From positions 1,794,699 to 1,858,698 of the forward strand of contig OY759726.1 of NCBI GenBank assembly GCA_963662625.1: 64,000 nt of DNA, read 5' to 3'. Origin of the DNA: Nitrosopumilus sp. (lineage in GTDB: Archaea > Thermoproteota > Nitrososphaeria > Nitrososphaerales > Nitrosopumilaceae). Position numbers and translations under genes: made by a program. Numbering within the stretch: the first letter of the stretch is position 1; every line of letters begins with the position of its first letter. The notes below the pieces were generated by a model. The model saw only the letters and a list, made by a program, of their open reading frames with translations. It had not been told where the DNA came from and ran no database searches. Of this stretch, positions 58,065-64,000 are shown one piece after another.

Positions 58065-59162
58065 ATGTACGCCAGGCCTAGGATCCTTAGGGTGGACCGC
58101 CACGAGTTCCGCGGAAGGGACATCCCGTACGCCAGCCTGGATCCCGACATGACGATCGGGGACCTGGTGGAGGTCTTTGCGAGGTCCGGCTTCAACGGCA
58201 GGCAGCTCGGGGAGGCCGCGAAGCTCTACGCGAGGATGATCAGGGAGGGCGCGTCCATATGCCTCACCGTCGCCGGCGCGATGACCCCCGTGGGGTTCGG
58301 CGGCATCATAAAGACGCTGGTGGAGAGGGGCTTCGTGGACTGGATAGTCACCACCGGGGCAAACGTGTACCACGAGGACCACTTTGCGTGGGGGCTGCCG
58401 GTGAAGCAGGGGCACTCTGACGTGGACGACATGAGGCTGTACGACAACGAGATCGTGAGGATCAGGGACGTCTTCATAAAGTTCTACGAGACGCTCGAGG
58501 CCGAGGACCAGGTGGTGCAGAAGATGTTCGAGGACTTTCCCGACAGGCCGTTCACGACCGCCGAGTTCTGCAACGCCATGGGGAGGATCAGCAAGGGGCA
58601 GTCGAGGCACCCGGAGAGGAGCTTCCTGGTGTCCGCGTACGACCTGGACGTCCCCGTGTACATATCTACCATGAAGGACTCCTCGCTGGCGCTGAACCTG
58701 GCGGTCCACAGGCTGCGGGGCAAGCAGTACAACCTGGACTTTGTGAGGGAGATAATAGAGCAGGCCTCGATCCTGTACAACTCCAAAAAGTCTGGCATCC
58801 TGGAGCTGGGGGGAGGCGTCCCGAAGAACACGGCCCAGCAGACGGGCCCGCTGCTCGACCAGATACTGCGGAGGAACGACGGCGGGCAGGACTACATCAT
58901 ACAGGTGACGGACGCCAGGCCCGACACGGGCGGGCTGTCGGGGGCCACGCTGCAGGAGGGGAAGAGCTGGGGCAAGATCCAGGACGCGCACAGCGGGGCG
59001 GTGACCGTCTACGCCGACGCCACCATCGCGTTCCCGATACTCGCGCTCTACGTCCTGAGCAGCCAGAAGCCGAGGAGGCCCAAGAGGATCTACAGGAAGC
59101 TCGGCAGGTACTACAAGAAGCTCAGCGACGACTACTTTGAGAGCCCAGCGGCCGGGGGCTAG
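58065..59162 (+). CDS. Deoxyhypusine synthase family protein
   Basis: VTTGAN, GGGVPKN and GGLSGAT..E..SWGK motifs. Confidence 0.93.
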   Translation: MYARPRILRVDRHEFRGRDIPYASLDPDMTIGDLVEVFARSGFNGRQLGEAAKLYARMIREGASICLTVAGAMTPVGFGGIIKTLVERGFVDWIVTTGANVYHEDHFAWGLPVKQGHSDVDDMRLYDNEIVRIRDVFIKFYETLEAEDQVVQKMFEDFPDRPFTTAEFCNAMGRISKGQSRHPERSFLVSAYDLDVPVYISTMKDSSLALNLAVHRLRGKQYNLDFVREIIEQASILYNSKKSGILELGGGVPKNTAQQTGPLLDQILRRNDGGQDYIIQVTDARPDTGGLSGATLQEGKSWGKIQDAHSGAVTVYADATIAFPILALYVLSSQKPRRPKRIYRKLGRYYKKLSDDYFESPAAGG

Positions 59163-59371
59163 AACCGGTCGAACCGCGCCCGTTCCAGGTCGCGGTCCTC
59201 CTTTGACTCCTTCTTGTAGGCCTTGTAGTGCTCCTTGCAGAGGACCGTCTTCTTTCCCGGGGAGTTCACGCGCATCCCCGCGTTCTCCACCTTGGCGGTG
59301 TTGAGGGACCTCGCCCCGCCGTTATCGCACCCCTCGAAGTTGCACTTTGCCCCTTTTGAGACTATGCCCAT
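59159..59371 (-). CDS. Small zinc-binding conserved hypothetical protein
   Basis: C.F.GC...LCKEHYK. Confidence 0.8.
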   Translation of the reverse strand: MGIVSKGAKCNFEGCDNGGARSLNTAKVENAGMRVNSPGKKTVLCKEHYKAYKKESKEDRDLERARFDRF

Positions 59372-59433
59372 GGCGCTAGTTGCAACTGAGGTTATTTATA
59401 CTTGAAACCCCGGCCGGCGGCGCGCCTCGCGCG

Positions 59434-60012
59434 CTACCGGCGGAGTTGCTTGTTGTTCCTGTTGGCAGACAACAGCGATTCTGCCAGCCCGAATACGAAC
59501 ACCGCCATGTAGATCACCTGGAACAGCCCCTTGACTTCCCCCATTAATACCGGCAGCTGGTCCTGGTACACGATAAGCACGACGGCGGCGACGAACAGCC
59601 CCATGGCCGGAAGCAGCCTCACGCATTTTCTCCGTTCCCCGACGTAGAGGTGCCCGCCCCCGCACACCCCGAAGCACCCAAACAGGATCGAGTAGAACGC
59701 CGTCACCCTCATGCTCCTGTATCCGGCGGGCCTGTGATCGCGCCCCTTGCCCCCGGACAGCCCAGTCACCCTACCGAGGAACGGCATCGTCCCCCCGGTC
59801 CGGGGCCGCGGCGGAGGGTCGTATCCAGCCGGTTCCTGCATGTTGGGGATGTTCGCCGCCAGTCCCAGGACGTACTTTTCGTCTGATGCCAGGATCTTCC
59901 TTCCCTGCATGAGATCGGATCTGATGCGGTGCAGTTTGTCAGGGTCCCCCATGTTATGGGATAACAGGTCGTCTACCATCGAGATGGTGTTGTGGTCGAT
60001 CGGCAAGCTCAC
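59434..60012 (-). CDS. Membrane protein with TM2-like region
   Basis: GD..KL..I N-domain; G.GHLYVG followed by TM helices. Confidence 0.7.
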   Translation of the reverse strand: MSLPIDHNTISMVDDLLSHNMGDPDKLHRIRSDLMQGRKILASDEKYVLGLAANIPNMQEPAGYDPPPRPRTGGTMPFLGRVTGLSGGKGRDHRPAGYRSMRVTAFYSILFGCFGVCGGGHLYVGERRKCVRLLPAMGLFVAAVVLIVYQDQLPVLMGEVKGLFQVIYMAVFVFGLAESLLSANRNNKQLRR

Positions 60013-60264
60013 GGTACCCGCTCCCTCCCGTCACCGCGCGCCGGATGGCACGTCCCCGCCGCGCCGCATGGCATCCTGTCCACGCCTTAGATCCCCGGCG
60101 TCCGTAATTAAACAAATCGCCTGGCGCGCGGCACGGGGCAACGCGCCTGCGCCATCCCGGGGAGTCGGCGCCGCTGCCCCCAATCACGGGCGGGTTTGGG
60201 GCTGACCGTGGGCCCGCTGCGGGGTTGCGCAGGGCCTAATAGTACGAATGCGCCACATGGCTTG

Positions 60265-60668
60265 ATGAAACGCGCAGTCCTGCTGTCTCAGGGGCGGTCC
60301 AGTGGGCTGGATTCCGCGAAGCCGCCAAGCTGGCCGCGAGGAAGCTCTCCGTCAGGGGAACCGTGGAGATCATGGGCGACGAGACGGCGCGCATATCGTG
60401 CGAGTGGGAGGATGGCGACGTCGAAAGATTCGTCGCCGCGCTGCGCCGCGTGGAGTTCCCGGCGGAGGTGGACGACATACGGGCAGAGCACTCCGAGCCC
60501 ATCGGCGAGTACAGGCGCTTTACGATAGTGCTGGGGGAGGGCGCCAAGGAACTGCTGGAAACACTGTCCAGCAGGATAGCCATACTCGGCCTGGACACGC
60601 ATGCTTCACGGAATGCCCGCGCTCCGCAGGATGGGCAAGGGGCAGGGCGCCGTGCTGGAAAAGCATGA
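60265..60668 (+). pseudogene. Acylphosphatase-like gene with an early 1-nt frameshift
   Basis: MKRAVLL / VSGAVQWAGFR...VRGTVE...EG-like, PAEVDDI...FTI pattern split over two frames at ~60285. Confidence 0.75.
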
Positions 60669-61304
60669 TGCCGCCACATGCGGGATCCGCCGGATCCCAT
60701 CGGGCATCCGCGGGGCGGCTGGCGCGCGCCTGCGGCGGGCCAGATAAGCCAAACGCGGCCCCGCGCCAGGCGGGGCGGCGGGGGTTTTTGCGGCAGCCGC
60801 CGCCGGCGGGCATTCCCCACGCGCGGGCGGGGAGATGGCGCAAGTGCCGGCCTCCCGTGATCCGGGTGGCGCGGCCGCGCCTCGGCAGCCACAAAAAGAT
60901 CACGGCGCGCTGCGCGGCGGCCGGGGACTGCAGGCAGCAGTTACGGATCCACGAAAGGTTTGGCGGGGGGACGCCGGCGGTGATGCGCGCGGCGGGATCC
61001 GGATGCCGCGCGGCGGCCCGGCCCGATCCGGATCTTTGCCCGCGTCCGTGCGGATCGCCTTCCAAATGCACCGTGGGCTTTTGATCGTGGTCGTATGCAC
61101 GGCGCGCGGGCCTCGGTGCGCCCGGGGGCGGGCCATCCCGCGCCGGTGCCACCCCGTGCAGGCGATTCGGCGCGCCGCCGCGCGCAGGACGCGGGGGCGG
61201 ATCCCACTCCGGCCGCAGGCAACCTGCCCGCGCCGGGCGGGGCGCGGGTTTTCGGCCTTTCCCGTGTAAACCGTTTATAAGAGGATGGCGCGCGCCGTGA
61301 GTGC

Positions 61305-61934
61305 ATGGGCGGGGCGAAGAAACCGAGTCCTGCAAAACAGGACAAGGCCCAGGGCGGCAGGAACGCCAAGAAGGCAAAGAAGGACAAGGGCGACGGCGGG
61401 CCCAAGAAGGCCGAGATCACGGTGATCATGAACGAGCCGCAGGCTCTGAAGATCATCGGCGGGGCGAAGGTGGTCACCGTCCACGAGCTTGCGAGGCAGA
61501 CCGGCGTCAAGATATCGGCAGCCAACGCGTTCCTGCGCGACTCTGAAAAGAATGGAACTGTCAAGAAGATCGGCGGATACAGCGGGCACTACATCTACAA
61601 GGCGGCCCCGAAGGACGCGGATGCCCCGCAGGCGGCCCCGAAGGACGCGGATGCCCCGCAGGCGGCCCCGAAGGACGCGGATGCCCCGCAGGCGGCCCCG
61701 AAGGACGCGGATGCCCCGCAGGCGGCCCCGAAGGACGCGGATGCCCCGCAGGCGGCCCCGAAGGACGCGGATGCCCCGCAGGCGGCCCCGAAGGACGCGG
61801 ATGCCCCGCAGGCGGCCCCGAAGGACGCGGATGCCCCGCAGGCGGCCCCGAAGGACGCGGATGCCCCGCAGGCGGCCCCGAAGGACGCGGATGCCCCGCA
61901 AGGCACGGACTCGCCTCAGGCACCATCCTCATAG
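61305..61934 (+). CDS. rps25e: 30S ribosomal protein S25e with repetitive C-terminal extension
   Basis: MGGAKK..., VTVHELARQTGVKISAAN..L wHTH; TTTATAA upstream. Confidence 0.9.
   Translation: MGGAKKPSPAKQDKAQGGRNAKKAKKDKGDGGPKKAEITVIMNEPQALKIIGGAKVVTVHELARQTGVKISAANAFLRDSEKNGTVKKIGGYSGHYIYKAAPKDADAPQAAPKDADAPQAAPKDADAPQAAPKDADAPQAAPKDADAPQAAPKDADAPQAAPKDADAPQAAPKDADAPQAAPKDADAPQAAPKDADAPQGTDSPQAPSS
61601..61900 (+). repeat. Ten perfect 30-bp tandem repeats (AAPKDADAPQ)
   Basis: ggcggccccgaaggacgcggatgccccgca x10. Confidence 0.98.
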
Positions 61935-62299
61935 AGCGCCAGCACGTCCCCGGCAGCAAGGGATCGCAGGCCGTCTACGTCACCGGCGAGCCTTCCGAGC
62001 GGGGTCATGGTGTTGCTGGTCGCGTCGGACAGGAAGAAGCAGATGCTTCCGGTGGACGGCATGAAGGCCACGTCGCCTTTCCTGAACTCCTTTCTGGGCC
62101 GCTCTGCCCCCGAGTCGATCGCCGTCCCGAGGCACACGATGCTCCTCCCCAGGAAGTGGGCGTGCCCCTCCAGCGGGAGGGACCGCACCACCATCCCCAC
62201 CGTGCGCGGGGAGAGGTGCCGCTTGAGATCGCACCGGATCCTGGCCTTGCCGTTGACCTCCAGCACGAGCCGCCTCCCAGAGACCGACGTGGCGTCCAA
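61916..62299 (-). CDS. Cyclophilin-like fold protein
   Basis: PRTV....SLP and GDVAF.P..SICFF pattern. Confidence 0.8.
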   Translation of the reverse strand: MDATSVSGRRLVLEVNGKARIRCDLKRHLSPRTVGMVVRSLPLEGHAHFLGRSIVCLGTAIDSGAERPRKEFRKGDVAFMPSTGSICFFLSDATSNTMTPLGRLAGDVDGLRSLAAGDVLALYEDGA

Positions 62300-62351
62300 T
62301 CCGTTGCATAAAAATATTGGAATATATAACGCTTTGAAAACATCCTTTTAC

Positions 62352-62828
62352 TTGTCTGATCCTAGCAACGCCGAACTTGGGGCGCCCGCGCATGCCGAAC
62401 CCGAACCCGAGGAGAATGCCGAGCTGGACAAGGCGCTCGACACGTACAGGAAGGTCGTCGAGAACGCCGGCGGGGAGCCGCTGACAGAGCAGCAGCGGGA
62501 GGACCTCGAGGAGAGGATAAGGGAGATCGAGGCCAGGGAGATAGTCGAGACGGTGGCCGAGCACGAGCCGGAGGAGATCGCGTGCGAGGACGGCAGGATC
62601 ACGGTGGGCCCCCCCACGCTCACGAGGTTCGAGAAGGCCAGGATCATAGGGGCTAGGGCGCTGCAGCTCTCCCAGGGCGCGCCGCCGTTCATCCCGATCC
62701 CGAAGACGGCGAGGATATCGCTCGACATCTCGATGGAGGAGCTGGAAAAGAGGGTCATCCCGATCACCATAAGGAGGTCGCTCCCGAACGGCGACCACCA
62801 GAACATCCCGATAGACTACTTTGAATGA
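62352..62828 (+). CDS. rpo6: DNA-directed RNA polymerase subunit K (Rpo6) with N-terminal extension
   Basis: LTRFEKARIIGARALQLSQGAP...IPITIRR. Confidence 0.95.
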   Translation: MSDPSNAELGAPAHAEPEPEENAELDKALDTYRKVVENAGGEPLTEQQREDLEERIREIEAREIVETVAEHEPEEIACEDGRITVGPPTLTRFEKARIIGARALQLSQGAPPFIPIPKTARISLDISMEELEKRVIPITIRRSLPNGDHQNIPIDYFE

Positions 62829-62879
62829 ACCAATCGTCGATAAAACTTAATAGAAATCGGGGCCGCTGATCCGTGGACA

Positions 62880-63179
62880 ATGCTCACGGAAGGGGCCGGC
62901 GGCCGGGCGGGCCGCTCCGGGTACGCAGAGGTAGGCATCAAGAACTGCCCGGTCATGGAATCGGCCCTCGACGTGCTTTCTGTCCTGGGCAAGAGCCCCG
63001 GCGTGGTGATCAGCGCCAAGGGGGACGCCATCCCGGACGCCGTCGCGGTGGCGAACATAATCACGGAGAGCATGATGTCCGGCAGCGCCAGGGTGCAGGA
63101 GATCAGTGTCGACACGGACGCCGCGCCCGGGATCGGGAGCATGCTGTCGACCATAGAGATAGTGCTCAGCAGGTCCTAG
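62880..63179 (+). CDS. Alba-family nucleic-acid-binding protein
   Basis: ISAKG.AI..AV.VA...STIEIVL pattern. Confidence 0.85.
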   Translation: MLTEGAGGRAGRSGYAEVGIKNCPVMESALDVLSVLGKSPGVVISAKGDAIPDAVAVANIITESMMSGSARVQEISVDTDAAPGIGSMLSTIEIVLSRS

Positions 63180-63592
63180 TAGACGCTTCCGGGGCCCTTG
63201 AGGAGCATGTTCTCGCACTCCTTGCAGACCTCCTCGTCGATGTCGGACTCGAGCTTGTGGTGTATGTCGCAGATCAGCAGGCTCGACTTGATGTAGTTGC
63301 ACAGGCCGATGAACTTGGAGAGGCTCGAGGGCGTGTACGCCATGTCCGAGGACAGGCTCTCGGTCAGCTCGCCGACCATCGCGGCGACCTGCTCCTCGGC
63401 GAGCAGCTTCGCTATGAGCGACGGGTCGCCGCGCGTGCCGCGGATGTAGTTGCTGACGGCGGCCTGGGTGACGCCGAGCATCTTGGAGATCTCCTCCTCC
63501 CGTATGCTGTGGTCCTCGGCCAGCTTCTTGGCGAGGATCGCCCTCAGCGCCGGGATCAGCGTCTTTGACTCTATCTCGGCCGGGAGGAGCAT
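63176..63592 (-). CDS. HTH transcriptional regulator (COG2522-like)
   Basis: P.E.....IPALR and LGVTQAAVSNY..G.RG; C-terminal C..H...C..C. Confidence 0.88.
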   Translation of the reverse strand: MLLPAEIESKTLIPALRAILAKKLAEDHSIREEEISKMLGVTQAAVSNYIRGTRGDPSLIAKLLAEEQVAAMVGELTESLSSDMAYTPSSLSKFIGLCNYIKSSLLICDIHHKLESDIDEEVCKECENMLLKGPGSVY

Positions 63593-63700
63593 CACTCCAA
63601 AGGGGGCGAATTGGGGATTTAAAGTTTGCAATGCCGCCCCCGCGATCCGGCTGGCCGCCGCCGGGCTACGCTATTATATCTTCGCGGGCACCACCACGTA

Positions 63701-64000
63701 TTGGAGGACGCATTCGGGAGGCTGCGGGGCCTCCTCGCCGCGGCGTGCGGCCGGTGCAGGTCGCGCGCCATCGCCCTGTCGGGCGGGCTGGACAGCACGG
63801 TGCTGGCCAGCCTCCTGAGGGACAGGGGGCCCGAGGGGGTGGCCGTCATCGCCGACGACTTTGTCGCGACGGACCTGACGTACTGCCAGGCGGCGGCGTG
63901 GGATCTCGGGATCCCGCTGCACGTCAGGCGCGCCGGCACGGCGGAGCTGCTGGACGCCGTGGAGGAGACGATCAGGATCCTGGGCAACTTCAACGACATA
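63701..64000 (+). CDS. Asparagine synthase C-terminal-domain protein (3' truncated by window edge)
   Basis: Not in ORF track. IALSGGLDS PP-loop; TATTATA upstream. Confidence 0.85.
   Translation, partial: MEDAFGRLRGLLAAACGRCRSRAIALSGGLDSTVLASLLRDRGPEGVAVIADDFVATDLTYCQAAAWDLGIPLHVRRAGTAELLDAVEETIRILGNFNDI

Noticed and set aside
60740-61260. GC-rich intergenic hairpins and short ORFs (also 27500-27800 and 51600-51800)
   Set aside because: Pairing is expected by chance at this GC level; no conserved motif or protein-like ORF found

Overview
High-GC archaeal chromosome segment. Gene content points to Nitrosopumilaceae (Thaumarchaeota/Nitrososphaerota): PEFG-CTERM and CFI-box-CTERM surface proteins, rps25e/rps26e, rpo6, Alba, archaeal ThrRS and futalosine-pathway genes. 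A host-associated, Cenarchaeum-like lineage is an inference. Most of the window is housekeeping (trpEGDCBA, pyrG, thrS, speB, dhs, mqnE/mqnD, peptide ABC permeases, FTR1 iron uptake). The standout is a ~2.1 kb insert at 13680-15770. On the minus strand it carries two copies of a cassette [box C/D-type RNA] - [type I hammerhead ribozyme] - [AUG 2 nt after the predicted cleavage site] - [unknown ORF]. It also holds a third compact C/D RNA with two 9-nt guides (TIGR-like geometry). The two hammerheads show a compensatory base-pair change and would release a 1578-nt RNA. Other notable items: an intact ISH3-like IS with a 5-bp target duplication; a decayed copy of it containing a CRISPR-like 35/39-bp repeat-spacer insertion; strong A:T->G:C bias in decayed sequences; a frameshifted superoxide dismutase; a low-GC Clp-fold protease island; and an S25e with 10 perfect 30-bp repeats. 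All calls come from reading the sequence by eye; no searches were run.
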